A stretch of DNA of 64,000 nt from an uncultured archaeon (GTDB lineage Archaea; Asgardarchaeota; Thorarchaeia; Thorarchaeales; Thorarchaeaceae), in assembly GCA_964473825.1 (NCBI GenBank), contig CAYYQL010000001.1:96001-160000 (forward strand), written 5' to 3'. The position numbers and the translations under genes are program-made. The notes beneath the pieces are model-generated. The model saw only the letters and a program-made list of their open reading frames with translations, did no database searches and was not told where the DNA came from. Below, piece after piece: positions 19,067 to 29,171 of this stretch. Each line of letters begins with the position of its first letter. Within the stretch, counting starts at the first letter, position 1.

Positions 19067-20131
19067 GTGCAATCGCTAGAACTGGTCCCGTATCTGCTTG
19101 CGTCTGCTGCCATCTCAGGCATCGCCATGATAGTGATTGTCAGATCGTGGTGGAGAACCAGACGCCTTCCCACTCTGCTCTACACGCTGGCAATTGCATC
19201 CTTCTCAGCAATGGCAATAGACCTCCTACTCGACCAGATATACATGCCATTCAGAAACTGGGAAGTATATATCGGTGACCAACGTCTGTGGATGTCCAAC
19301 GTGCTCCTCGCATTCTTCATCGTCGGAGGATTCCTGTTCTGGTACTATGCCATCATGTACAGTCAGTATGACTCGCTTCCTCCAAGAGCCAATGCGGTTG
19401 CTTTCATGGCAGGTGCAGCTCTACTGGGAGAACTCGAGAAGATGGATTGGTCCGAGACCATTCCAGTCGTCCTAGAGGCGGCAGCTTTTCTTCTCCTAGC
19501 ATTCGAGATTGTGCGTTATGGTTTTAGAGTCATCAATATTGAAGAGGACCCTCAACGAAAGAAGATGATTGCAGCCTATTTCTTGGGTTTCTTCATCTGG
19601 ATGATTGCGGGAGTGTTCGGTGTCGTCATAGCGGGGATTCCCGGCATCCCTCAGCAGATTGGTAGCGTATGGCCCATCCCATATACGCTGGGCCTGCTCC
19701 TCGTTGCCGTCACAGTTGCATGGAACCCCAAGATGCTCTTCATAAGTGAAGCTAGGCCACTTGACCTCTTAATCCTCGATTCAGAGGGAACGCTAGTATA
19801 CAGCTATCGCTTCCGTGACTACCCTGACAGTGTAGACCCCGAACTCATCGGTTCCGCCATGTCCGGCGTTATCAGCTTGATGAAGGAGATGCTTGCAAGC
19901 GAGAGTGCCCTTGACAGGGTTGACCATGGAGACGTACGGATTCTTGTGGAAACGGGCAGCATCACAAGAGCTCTCCTTATTGTCACAAAGGAGACCCCTA
20001 GTCTGCGACACTCATTCAGAAATGCAATGATGGAGTTTGAGGTCAATCATAGAGAACAGCTGACCAGTGACACGGCATTGGTCACCACGTTCAAAAAATT
20101 TGATGAACGGGTATCCGACATCTTTGAATAG
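19067..20131 (+). CDS. Multi-pass (~7 TM) membrane protein with C-terminal cytoplasmic longin-like domain
   Basis: About 7 hydrophobic segments, then LLILDSEGTLVYSYRF...VDPELIGSAMSGVISLMKEM...VDHGDVRILVETG. GTG start at 19067 assumed. Confidence 0.75.
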   Translation: MQSLELVPYLLASAAISGIAMIVIVRSWWRTRRLPTLLYTLAIASFSAMAIDLLLDQIYMPFRNWEVYIGDQRLWMSNVLLAFFIVGGFLFWYYAIMYSQYDSLPPRANAVAFMAGAALLGELEKMDWSETIPVVLEAAAFLLLAFEIVRYGFRVINIEEDPQRKKMIAAYFLGFFIWMIAGVFGVVIAGIPGIPQQIGSVWPIPYTLGLLLVAVTVAWNPKMLFISEARPLDLLILDSEGTLVYSYRFRDYPDSVDPELIGSAMSGVISLMKEMLASESALDRVDHGDVRILVETGSITRALLIVTKETPSLRHSFRNAMMEFEVNHREQLTSDTALVTTFKKFDERVSDIFE

Positions 20132-20149
20132 CCGAACACTAAGAGTAAG

Positions 20150-21184
20150 TTGATGACTCCTGATAAAGCAGCCGAGACGAAGGTTCTCTTCATCTGGGAT
20201 GTCCCCGAAAGACTGGCAGACTATCTTAATTCGGGTCTTGATGACCTCGAAGATCTCATACTTGTATATCCGGACAGGCATGACGAGGAGGAGTACCTTC
20301 GATTGGTCGAAGATGCAGACATCATCGTCGGATGGAGACCGTCCGAGGAGCTGTTCGAGGCGGCACACAGATTACAGCTGCACATCAATCCTGGAGCAGG
20401 AGTGCAGCATCTCCTCCCTAGGTTCCGAGAGTTTTACAAAGAGAACACAGTGACCCTCGTCAACGGGCACGGCAACTCGTATTTCACAGCGCAGCACGCA
20501 GTGGCCCTGCTTCTTGCTCTGACCAATAAGGTTGTCCGACATCATAATGGGATGGTGAGCGGACTCTGGAGAACGGCCAATGCAGAGGCAAGGAGTACTC
20601 CTCTTCGTAACAGACACATTGGTCTACTCGGATATGGTGCGGTCAATAGTAAGACACACCGATTCCTCTCTGGTTTCGATGTGGAATTCTCTGTCCTGAA
20701 GAGATCCTGGAACAAGAACGAGAAACTGCCTACTCAGGTGAACAGATTTGTGCCAACCCAGTTGCATGAGTTTCTGGAGCGTATTGACACACTCATCATT
20801 GCAGTGCCCCTAACCGAGGAGACTGAGGGCCTTATCGGGGAGGAGGAACTGAATCTACTAGGTGAGGACGGTTTCTTGGTGAACATGGGAAGAGGAGGCA
20901 TTGTCGTGCAAGAAGCCCTTTACAGGGCTCTATCAGACGGGAAGATTCGGAGTGCAGCTATCGACGTATGGTATGACTACAACCCCAAGCCTGATGACGA
21001 GGGACGATTCTTCCCTTACGAATACAAGTTTCACGAGTTGGAAAATGTAGTTCTCTCTCCCCATAGGGGTGCTTCGCCGATGAATGACCTCAAGCGTTGG
21101 GACGAGGTCATTGAGAACATCAAGCGATTTCATCAAGGGCGTTTTGATCTTATCAACGTGGTCGATGTCGAGAGAGGATATTAG
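20150..21184 (+). CDS. D-isomer-specific 2-hydroxyacid dehydrogenase
   Basis: Rossmann motif GLLGYGAV; PLTEETEGLI; LVNMGRG; AAIDVW; LSPHRG. Confidence 0.9.
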   Translation: MMTPDKAAETKVLFIWDVPERLADYLNSGLDDLEDLILVYPDRHDEEEYLRLVEDADIIVGWRPSEELFEAAHRLQLHINPGAGVQHLLPRFREFYKENTVTLVNGHGNSYFTAQHAVALLLALTNKVVRHHNGMVSGLWRTANAEARSTPLRNRHIGLLGYGAVNSKTHRFLSGFDVEFSVLKRSWNKNEKLPTQVNRFVPTQLHEFLERIDTLIIAVPLTEETEGLIGEEELNLLGEDGFLVNMGRGGIVVQEALYRALSDGKIRSAAIDVWYDYNPKPDDEGRFFPYEYKFHELENVVLSPHRGASPMNDLKRWDEVIENIKRFHQGRFDLINVVDVERGY

Positions 21185-21219
21185 GCGCAAACAACCAGGA
21201 TCTCGCTTAGCCCCTGATG

Positions 21220-21479
21220 AATACACTCCGCACGTTCCGATTCACATAGACGGGACCGAGGACTTCGAGTTGCAGGGCTGGCCCTGGGAACAAACCGAAG
21301 AGAACCCGTACATGATATCTGGGTTGAACATCACCCGAGAACTGGGCGTTGTACTGATAGAGATCAAGAACACATATGCTCACTTCTTAATCCAAGACTG
21401 CTATGTCAGACAACTCTCGAGTGTCCCAGCAGCAGTCATTGAGAATACAACCCATGCAAGTCTCGAATACAACTCCTGA
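21220..21479 (+). pseudogene. Remnant of the N-terminal cap of a NosD/parallel beta-helix surface protein
   Basis: YTPHVPIHIDGTEDFELQGWP..TEENPYMISGLNI...FLIQDC resembles the start of common Asgard beta-helix proteins. No signal peptide, and it stops after about 85 aa. Confidence 0.55.
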
Positions 21480-21485
21480 ACAGAG

Positions 21486-21527
21486 AAAGAAAAAGGAAGG
21501 GAGGAGAGGGTGCTCCCTCTCCGTCCC
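21486..21527 (-). terminator. Hairpin plus T-rich terminator downstream of the 781-aa gene
   Basis: ggagaggg-tgct-ccctctcc stem followed on the minus strand by ttcctttttctttc. Confidence 0.5.
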
Positions 21528-21540
21528 CTGCGAACTGGGA

Positions 21541-23886
21541 TTACTTCTTTACCTTCACGAAGTATACTATTGCCACAATGGCAACTGCTGCGCCGACGCC
21601 ACCAACGACTATGAGAGCAGGGCCGAGATCATCCACGCTTTCAGCAGAGAGACCTAGGTACTTGATTGGCGGTGGAGAACCCAGAACATTCGTAGTGAAG
21701 GGCTCGATTATGACGTCAAGACTGCCTTCGCCGGCTAGAACACGTTCCACATAGAAGATCAGGTTAAACTGCCCTTCTAGGGTTCCAAACTGAAAAGCAG
21801 CCTCGTCGGAGGTCGAACCAACCAATGTATCGTCGAGATCTAACCATCTAAGGACCTGAGCGCCGAACGGGGCTTCCTGTCTGACAGAGGCTGTCCAAGA
21901 TGTCACGTCAGAAACCACGACAGTGACATTGTGCCAGACTCCTGCAGAGGCATCCACACTGAGCATGTATATCTCAGTGGATTCACCAGGATCACCAAGA
22001 GTGAAGTTGTGTATCGCAATGCTGCTTCCCACACTCAAGCTTCCGGTTCCATTGAAATAGTCATCCGAGAGCGGATCGAAATGGATGCCGTAGTCAACGG
22101 TGTATTCATGATACTCATTGCTTCCCCCAGGTGTGTTGTTCACCACTTGATAGGGCACGACTGCAATGATACTTCTTTCACCGGAGAATCTGTCATAAGT
22201 TATTGGAAGTCCAAGGTCCTTTGACGTCCAGTTTGCCGATACCTTCTGCCAGCCCAAGCCAGCTCTTCGGTTCCCGAGATCTTGGATCCAGGTACTGATG
22301 GTGCTTCCATAGTCTCCAAGTACCACATACCGCCCAGATACAGTGACATTGTCGCGGGTCTCAAGAGTCAGATTCGCGCGGTAGAAGTTGATGGGATCGG
22401 TATCCACACTCACCCCTATGATCCGCCCTGCGTCAACAGCGACTTGGCCAGTTCCATCGAGAACTGGACCAACATTGAACTCGTAGAATCCTTTGTCATC
22501 CATGCCAGAGGATGTGGCAACCAGCAGGTATCGCCCAGCAGGTAAGTAGAAAGGCGAAGCGGACTCGAGGTCCTGATGAGTGGGGATAGTCCTGTACCGG
22601 TAGCAGTTGTTATCATCAACGGTCCAAACAGTCCAGTCGAATGGGTTGCTCTCTGTGGATCGATTAACCACAAAGACCGAGTCCTGCGCCAAGTTAAGCT
22701 TGAACGCCTGTCTGCTTCCATCCTGATACGGGCTCTCAATATAGAACTCTTGGTTCAAAGGCAGCGCCGGGGTATCAGGAACCTCGTTGAGCAGGGTGTA
22801 TTGTGTTTCATCCATTCCGATGACGGTGAAATAGTAAGAACCATTCCTGAAACTCTGATACCAATAGGTGTCTCCAGGACTACCCATTCCATCCATGAAA
22901 CCCGCCAGTTCATTGCTGCAGTAGAAAGAGTCGCCAGTAACGATGATGAACGGCTCCGTACCTCCCATCATAGCCATATAGTTGAAAGAGTATCTGAGCC
23001 GCCCGGGATGAGTGTAGTTCCCCGTCACCTGGTATGTCATTGCAGACGGGGGAATCTCAGTATACACGAAATCGCCGTCGTCTTGTCTGACCTTCATCTC
23101 TGAGCCGGGAAGCAATCCCTCGACAATCTGGTCAGGTTCAAGAAGAATAGGCTCAACTGCTTCGAGGAGTAGATCAGCTGTCAAGATTCCGCGGTTTCCA
23201 GACACTGCGTAGAGTACAACAGTATACATTCCCGCTACTGATGGATTGAATGGCATCAGTTGGATGTCACCACTCTCCAGATAAATCTCCGTCAAAGGTC
23301 TACCTAAAGGATCCACAACCATGGCACCCATCTCACAGTCATCTTGGCGAGAAGCCAGTGTGAAGTGGAAGAACTCATCCACTGACGTCAGATTGAAAGT
23401 GCCATAATATGCACGATTAGACTCGATGAGAACCGAGAACTCTTCTCCAACTACAACTGGAAACTCATGCCTCATATGCTCAAGTGAGAGTGTGAAGTCG
23501 TCCGTTGTGTTGACAAAGTCATAGAAGTATGGATACCTTGTTCCGTTGGATAGCCAACCTTGATTATCAATTGAGTCTCTTCCCAAGTAAGTGTACATCG
23601 TGGCAGGACCTTCGAACGTGCCAGTGTTTCGGCTCCAAGAGGATTGGCCGTAGTCATACCTGATATAGTCAACATCTTCATCTACAGTGAGCAGATGCTG
23701 GTCACCATAAACTCCATCATCTCCGTCTACTCTCAGGTATGCATGACCGTTGTCTTCCCTTGTGAGGGACTGACTCTGGCTCCATGACTGAGTCTGGACG
23801 TAGATTGCGTTCACATTTACACATACTGATGCTATGATTAGAACCATTGCGAATATTGCTGTTTTTGCTCTCCACCCAATGGGCAT
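21541..23886 (-). CDS. Secreted, C-terminally anchored beta-sandwich surface glycoprotein (781 aa)
   Basis: Signal peptide (AKTAIFAMVLIIASVC); beta-rich repeats; N-glycosylation sequons; C-terminal TM helix followed by KVKK. Confidence 0.75.
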   Translation of the reverse strand: MPIGWRAKTAIFAMVLIIASVCVNVNAIYVQTQSWSQSQSLTREDNGHAYLRVDGDDGVYGDQHLLTVDEDVDYIRYDYGQSSWSRNTGTFEGPATMYTYLGRDSIDNQGWLSNGTRYPYFYDFVNTTDDFTLSLEHMRHEFPVVVGEEFSVLIESNRAYYGTFNLTSVDEFFHFTLASRQDDCEMGAMVVDPLGRPLTEIYLESGDIQLMPFNPSVAGMYTVVLYAVSGNRGILTADLLLEAVEPILLEPDQIVEGLLPGSEMKVRQDDGDFVYTEIPPSAMTYQVTGNYTHPGRLRYSFNYMAMMGGTEPFIIVTGDSFYCSNELAGFMDGMGSPGDTYWYQSFRNGSYYFTVIGMDETQYTLLNEVPDTPALPLNQEFYIESPYQDGSRQAFKLNLAQDSVFVVNRSTESNPFDWTVWTVDDNNCYRYRTIPTHQDLESASPFYLPAGRYLLVATSSGMDDKGFYEFNVGPVLDGTGQVAVDAGRIIGVSVDTDPINFYRANLTLETRDNVTVSGRYVVLGDYGSTISTWIQDLGNRRAGLGWQKVSANWTSKDLGLPITYDRFSGERSIIAVVPYQVVNNTPGGSNEYHEYTVDYGIHFDPLSDDYFNGTGSLSVGSSIAIHNFTLGDPGESTEIYMLSVDASAGVWHNVTVVVSDVTSWTASVRQEAPFGAQVLRWLDLDDTLVGSTSDEAAFQFGTLEGQFNLIFYVERVLAGEGSLDVIIEPFTTNVLGSPPPIKYLGLSAESVDDLGPALIVVGGVGAAVAIVAIVYFVKVKK

Positions 23887-24036
23887 CGGGCGCGCACCTC
23901 ATCACAACCGGTAACATGGTTCAATAAAACCTTTGTGCGACCTGTGTCACAACCACAGTCTGCTCCTTTTATTCCCCTCCAGAGTATTTCATGCTGGATG
24001 CGAAAGCTTGAAACAGCGGTCTTCGCTTGCACACCC

Positions 24037-24990
24037 ATGAAACTCGGCGATATTTACCATATGATTGTAGAAATGGGTATCAAGGCGGATCCCCGCGGCA
24101 AGGATAGGGTCAGAGAGATTCTAGACGACTCGAAGGGAAAATATGAGAAGCTCGAGGGAAAGAAGAAGGAACTCGCAGATTCCGATGTTGTCTGGAACCC
24201 GTATACCGATTGTAGGTTGCTCTATGGAACAGAGGATAGGGAGGTCGGTAGTGTTCTTGCCGGTATCGATATCACACCGGGCGAGATTGTTCTTGCTGAC
24301 CGAATGAGTGACAAGGGAACCAAGATAGACCTCGTTCTAGCTCATCACCCCCACGGGATTGGCACCAGCCACCTCGACTGGGTGATGAAGCTGCAGCCTG
24401 ACCACTGGGCGAAGCTCGGGGTACCGATTGCCCAGGCTGAGTCTGCCATGGCAAAGAGACTCAAGGAGGTTCATTTCGCGACCAAGGGACGCAACCATAC
24501 GCAGACAATTGATGCCGCGCGACTCATCGATATGCCCTTCATGTGTTCGCATACGCCGGCCGACTCATTGGGATATCAGTTTCTAGACGAGTATCTCAAG
24601 AAAAGAGCACCATCAACTCTAGGTGACTTGGTCGAAGCGTTGTTAGAGATACCTGAATATCAAGAGGCTGAGAAGTACGGTGCAGGACCAGAGATTCTGG
24701 TGGGAAGTGAATCAGGGACCTGTGGTGAAAAGTTTGTGTTCTTCACCGGAGGGACTTCGCCAGGACCAGAGGCAATAGGCAAACTCGGCAGAGCAGGTGT
24801 AAGCACGATAGTCACCATGCACTTGACTGACAAGCTGAAGGAAGCGTGTGAGAAGGAAGGACTCTACGTTGTCATAGCTGGGCATATGAGCAGTGACTCC
24901 ATCGGGATGAATCTGATTCTCGATGAGTTAGAGAAGAAAGACCTTGAGACCTATGCATGCTCAGGTCTCTTCAGACACAAACGTGTCTAG
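24037..24990 (+). CDS. NIF3/NGG1p-interacting-factor-like metal-binding protein
   Basis: MKLGDIY...GIKADPRG, NPYTD, LAHHPHG, SHTPAD, TMH and IAGHMSSDSIG motifs. Confidence 0.8.
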   Translation: MKLGDIYHMIVEMGIKADPRGKDRVREILDDSKGKYEKLEGKKKELADSDVVWNPYTDCRLLYGTEDREVGSVLAGIDITPGEIVLADRMSDKGTKIDLVLAHHPHGIGTSHLDWVMKLQPDHWAKLGVPIAQAESAMAKRLKEVHFATKGRNHTQTIDAARLIDMPFMCSHTPADSLGYQFLDEYLKKRAPSTLGDLVEALLEIPEYQEAEKYGAGPEILVGSESGTCGEKFVFFTGGTSPGPEAIGKLGRAGVSTIVTMHLTDKLKEACEKEGLYVVIAGHMSSDSIGMNLILDELEKKDLETYACSGLFRHKRV

Positions 24991-25052
24991 AAACCTTGGG
25001 GAGAGGTTTCATTAGAAGCCTCGTCGTATTATTCTCTCAGAGGCTGAAAACA

Positions 25053-25919
25053 GTGCAGGTGAAAGACGTATCAGAGAGAGGTGTGCTATTCGCCTTCGAT
25101 GACCCATACATAGGCAACGTCTATGCGATAGTAGGAGAGTCATCACTATTTATCTGCGACACATTCTGTGGCCCTGACCCAATGAGAAGGGTGATGACAC
25201 ATCTATCCAAAAACTACGATCTACCCTCACGTGTCGTCATCTTCAATTCACATGCAGACTACGATCACATCTGGGGAAACTGCCATTTCGAGGGGGAACT
25301 GATCATTTGTCACGAGTTGTGTCGGGAACGAGTTATGAAAGAATGGGACGAAGTGCTTGAGAGGAATTCAGAACATCAGCGAGGGAATGTAATCAGGCTT
25401 CCTCCCAATGTCACTTTTCAAGAGAAACTGGATTTCGTTGAGGAGGAGGTTGAGTTCTTTCACACGCCCGGGCATACACGAGACTCTGCCAGTTGCTTTG
25501 ACAAGAGAGACAGTATCCTGTTTGTTGGAGACAACATCGAGAGTCCAATCCCATACATCAATCAGATGAACATTAAGGAATACAAGGCAACGCTTGGCAG
25601 CTATCTCCAGGCTGACGCGAGACTGATAATCTCTGGGCATGATCCACCGCAGGACAACTTGGATCTGGTGAGAGCCAATCTAGAGTATGTCACTGACTTC
25701 GGACGGTGGACCGTTGACATCGGGTCGCTCAATGACCGTGCACGGCAGGCCCACCTCATGAATGTCGTTCGAGTCGCAGACGATGTCAAGGAGGGAGAAA
25801 TCACCGCGGAGGCGATTCTCCATTACAAAGCAGTCAAGGATGCTCTCCAATCAATGGAGAGAACTGGCTTTGTAAGCGATGCTCTCAGCAAAGTTCAGGA
25901 AATCATCAGCAAAGCTTAG
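25053..25919 (+). CDS. MBL-fold metallo-hydrolase
   Basis: NSHADYDHIWGN, TPGHTRDS, LFVGD and ISGH motifs. GTG start assumed. Confidence 0.8.
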   Translation: MQVKDVSERGVLFAFDDPYIGNVYAIVGESSLFICDTFCGPDPMRRVMTHLSKNYDLPSRVVIFNSHADYDHIWGNCHFEGELIICHELCRERVMKEWDEVLERNSEHQRGNVIRLPPNVTFQEKLDFVEEEVEFFHTPGHTRDSASCFDKRDSILFVGDNIESPIPYINQMNIKEYKATLGSYLQADARLIISGHDPPQDNLDLVRANLEYVTDFGRWTVDIGSLNDRARQAHLMNVVRVADDVKEGEITAEAILHYKAVKDALQSMERTGFVSDALSKVQEIISKA

Positions 25920-26782
25920 ACATCATCGAACTCATCTATCTCAAGCGTCAGACGGCGCGGGTTCGCAAGCAGGCTGACTTCGAACCGCTCTTGCAAAGGT
26001 GTACCCTTGCTGTCCGTAAGAACCTCCAAGCCCCGTGAGATTTTCTTCCAGATGTCCTTTCTGTACTTGATTGTCGTTGAGAATGCCTGAAGAACTCTAC
26101 AGAACCAATCATTCTTTGCCAGAATCGGATCACGTATCTTGACAGTGCACTCGCCACCTATGTTAGCCAACTTGCTGTCTATCTCAGCCACAGTTGCGTC
26201 GTCTGTGGCCATTACTACACGGAAATCGTCGCCCATGGTGATTCTCTTTCCTTCGATTCTGAAGACTTGGAACTGGCCATCGTTACCAACCATAAAGAAG
26301 GAATAACTCTCAGTGTCGACCGGACCCCGACGATTCTGACTGATTCGTGTGAGAATCTCATTCTCATCGGTCAAGACAGCAAATGACACCAACGGCATCT
26401 CTGCAGAGAAACTCCTGGCATATTCATCCGCCAACATCTCTTCGATGGTCGCATACCAGTTCCCGGTGTCCGTAAACAGCTTGAGAACTAGCCTCTTCGA
26501 ATACTCATTCGGAGCATCATCCCAAGGTTTTTCTCGTTGGACGATAAACCCCTCTTTCTCCAAGTCAGGCATCGAATCCGAAGCAGAACTTCGTTGCGAA
26601 GTCTCCACTTTTCCAATTATCTCCGAATCCGTTGTATACTGACGACTTCTAGACCTCCACTCTTCTTGCTGCTTGATTCCGATTTCTTCAATGTGTAAAT
26701 CCGTTGCATAGAAATCTTGAGATAATACCCGATAGACGGTATCTCCACCGCGTTTGACGTCTTCTTCTGGCAACTCTATCAC
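25916..26782 (-). CDS. Hypothetical protein, possible Tubby/LURP-one (scramblase-like) fold
   Basis: 288-aa ORF. FRIEGKRITMGDDFRV...VAEIDSKLANIGGECTVKI resembles LURP-one beta repeats. Confidence 0.55.
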   Translation of the reverse strand: MIELPEEDVKRGGDTVYRVLSQDFYATDLHIEEIGIKQQEEWRSRSRQYTTDSEIIGKVETSQRSSASDSMPDLEKEGFIVQREKPWDDAPNEYSKRLVLKLFTDTGNWYATIEEMLADEYARSFSAEMPLVSFAVLTDENEILTRISQNRRGPVDTESYSFFMVGNDGQFQVFRIEGKRITMGDDFRVVMATDDATVAEIDSKLANIGGECTVKIRDPILAKNDWFCRVLQAFSTTIKYRKDIWKKISRGLEVLTDSKGTPLQERFEVSLLANPRRLTLEIDEFDDV

Positions 26783-26968
26783 TTCTCAATAACGATAGTA
26801 AACTGTTCCCCCTTTTGTCGGTTTCTATATGACGTGTAAGATCTTACACAGAATCATTCATGTTCGAGTATGCATACCATATTTTTTGACTAACAAACCT
26901 CTATGGCTTGTTCTGTCATCCGACCCCGTGGCATGGCAAAGGAGGAAGTGGAGAACCGGGGCCTAGGG

Positions 26969-27093
26969 CCTCTGTTTGACTCAAACGGAGGATAACAAAT
27001 GAAATATGTTATCTAACCGGGAAGGTTGACCGCGAGTCACTTCGTGCAGCCGTGCGTACAGACAGTCCAGCTCTGCTCGTGGTCAACTGACCC
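26969..27093 (+). ncRNA. Candidate structured non-coding RNA (unclassified)
   Basis: Three adjacent stems: 26969-78/26982-91, 26991-97/27007-13 and a 13-bp stem 27024-36/27076-88. G-U pairs favour the + strand. Confidence 0.35.
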
Positions 27094-27108
27094 AAATCTC
27101 CTTCATTC

Positions 27109-27582
27109 CTAAAATGAATCACTTCTGACCTTGGTCACACTCTCGAAATCTGTCACGATGTACAGCCAATCTACAGTGACCTTCATGATGGCAGTATCTT
27201 CTGAACGGACGAAATCGGAGAGATATGGATGCTTCTCTAGCAGGAAATCCATGTACTTCCTTCTCTCTTTGTTCTCGGTTTCTGCAGCGGTGCCAAGAAC
27301 AGTCAAGGATGTGACTCTCTGAAAATCATCTGGGCGGTTCTCACGATCATCAAAGATCATGCATACGTTATGATTCTCCATCATCATCCTGTACTTCAGT
27401 CGGTCACGTCTTGTGGCAAAGATGACACATCCCAAGTCTTCTGTGAACCTGAAGCTCACGAGACATGAATAGGGCTTGCCCTTACTTGTCGTGGAAAGAA
27501 CTCCCACGAGCTGATTCTCCACCAACTTGGTGACTCTCTCACGAAGCCCCGCATCCATGTCCATCTCAGCCCATCCTCCCAA
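27109..27582 (-). CDS. Pyridoxamine 5'-phosphate oxidase-like FMN-binding protein
   Basis: VGVLSTTSKGKPYSCLV, FATRRDRLKYRMM..N.NV and FLLEKHPYL. Exact start uncertain. Confidence 0.85.
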   Translation of the reverse strand: MGGWAEMDMDAGLRERVTKLVENQLVGVLSTTSKGKPYSCLVSFRFTEDLGCVIFATRRDRLKYRMMMENHNVCMIFDDRENRPDDFQRVTSLTVLGTAAETENKERRKYMDFLLEKHPYLSDFVRSEDTAIMKVTVDWLYIVTDFESVTKVRSDSF

Positions 27583-27620
27583 TGTTCATTCGGTTTATCG
27601 TCACAGACGCATCTCTCCTC

Positions 27621-29078
27621 TCATTCATCATCCTCATACTTCGAAGCCTCCACAGCATGTTGGTGACCAGGGATTCCTGGCGATGTCATACGTTCAGGGG
27701 ACAGAAGAACATCTAGATAGCTCTCATCGAGAATTCCTTCCTCTAGAACAATCTCACGGATGGTCTTCTTCGTATCAAGAGCCTTCTTAGCAATTCGAGT
27801 TGCCGCCTTGTAACCTAGAACAGGATTCAGAGCAGTCACCAGCCCGATGCTCCTGTGAACAACATCAAGACCCTCTCTGTTGGGTTCAATTCCCTTAATG
27901 CACTTGTTGGTCAGAATGGGCATCGAGTTTCGAAGCAGCTTAACAGCCTGAAAGAAGTTGTAGGCAATAACTGGTTCATAGGCATTCAACTCAAGCTGGC
28001 CAGCTTGCGCAGCCAACGATATCACTGCATCATGACCAATGACCTCATAGGCACACTGAATGACCATCTCGCAGATGACAGGATTGACTTTACCAGGCAT
28101 GATCGAGCTCCCAGGCTGAACGGCAGGGAGGGTGATCTCATGAAAGCCACCTATAGGACCGGATGAGAGTAGAATTAGATCATTGCATATCTTGCTTAGA
28201 TTTGTGGCAAGTACTCGAAGCAATCCAGATGCATGGACAAACTCATCGCTATTCTGAGTGTCATCAATCAGGTTCTCAGCAGTCGAGAGTCCATCAAGAC
28301 CTGTTACATCTCGTAGATGCCTCTCCGCTCCTCGGATGTATTCAGGATCCGCGTTCAGAGAAGTGCCTATTGCAGTCGCCCCGATATTGTGCTTTTCCAG
28401 CACATCTACCGCCAAGCCGATTCGTAGCAGATCGCGCTTCAGACATGCAGACCATGCCGAAAACTCCTGACCGAGAGTGATGGGTACAGCATCCTGCATC
28501 TCTGTACGACCAAGCTTCAGTAGGTCACTGCATTCTCGCGCCTTCTCGTCCAGTGCCAGAATCAACTGCTCCAAAGCTGATGACAAGTCTGAGAGACCGA
28601 AGATTGCAGCAATCTTGATTGCAGTCGGATAGACATCATTAGTACTCTGGGCCATGTTCACGTGGTCGTTAGCAGACACTGGGCTCATGGAGCTCCGCGG
28701 ATGTCCCAGTATCTCGTTTGCACGAGAGGCAAGCACTTCATTCATGTTCATATTCGTACTTGTACCTGCCCCTCCCTGAAGCATATCAACAATGAATTGG
28801 TCATGCATCTGTTCATCAATAATCTCATCGCATGCCTGAATGATGGCATCGGCATACTCATCTCTCAGGTGACCAAGGGCTTGGTTGGCCATCGTACAGG
28901 CCTTCTTGACCATGGCCAGCGCTTGGACAAGGGTAGTGTAGTTACTCAACGGTATCAGTGAAACCCCGAAGTTCTCCGTCGCCCGAAGAGTCTGTACACC
29001 CCAATAGGCATCTTTCGGTATTCGACGCGTGCCAAGCAGGTCACTCTCTTCTCGATATTCGATTGACTCTTCATCCAT
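27621..29078 (-). CDS. aspA: Aspartate ammonia-lyase (fumarase/aspartase family)
   Basis: YWGVQTLRA, QGGAGTSTNMNMNEV, QSTNDVYPT, GRTEMQDA and the signature GSSIMPGKVNP. Confidence 0.9.
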   Translation of the reverse strand: MDEESIEYREESDLLGTRRIPKDAYWGVQTLRATENFGVSLIPLSNYTTLVQALAMVKKACTMANQALGHLRDEYADAIIQACDEIIDEQMHDQFIVDMLQGGAGTSTNMNMNEVLASRANEILGHPRSSMSPVSANDHVNMAQSTNDVYPTAIKIAAIFGLSDLSSALEQLILALDEKARECSDLLKLGRTEMQDAVPITLGQEFSAWSACLKRDLLRIGLAVDVLEKHNIGATAIGTSLNADPEYIRGAERHLRDVTGLDGLSTAENLIDDTQNSDEFVHASGLLRVLATNLSKICNDLILLSSGPIGGFHEITLPAVQPGSSIMPGKVNPVICEMVIQCAYEVIGHDAVISLAAQAGQLELNAYEPVIAYNFFQAVKLLRNSMPILTNKCIKGIEPNREGLDVVHRSIGLVTALNPVLGYKAATRIAKKALDTKKTIREIVLEEGILDESYLDVLLSPERMTSPGIPGHQHAVEASKYEDDE

Positions 29079-29171
29079 AATTCTCACAACCCATAGCGTC
29101 AATTAGGAACCAGACTTTCGTTTCTGCGTATCGACCCCGGCCGATTTCAGTCTATGCATCAGGAACGGAAA

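Noticed and set aside
26900-27095. RNase P, SRP RNA, SECIS or riboswitch identity for the structured element
   Set aside because: GAGGAAG and ACAGAA fragments lie on opposite strands, there is no SRP helix-8 motif, no known aptamer consensus, and no adjacent in-frame UGA gene was seen.
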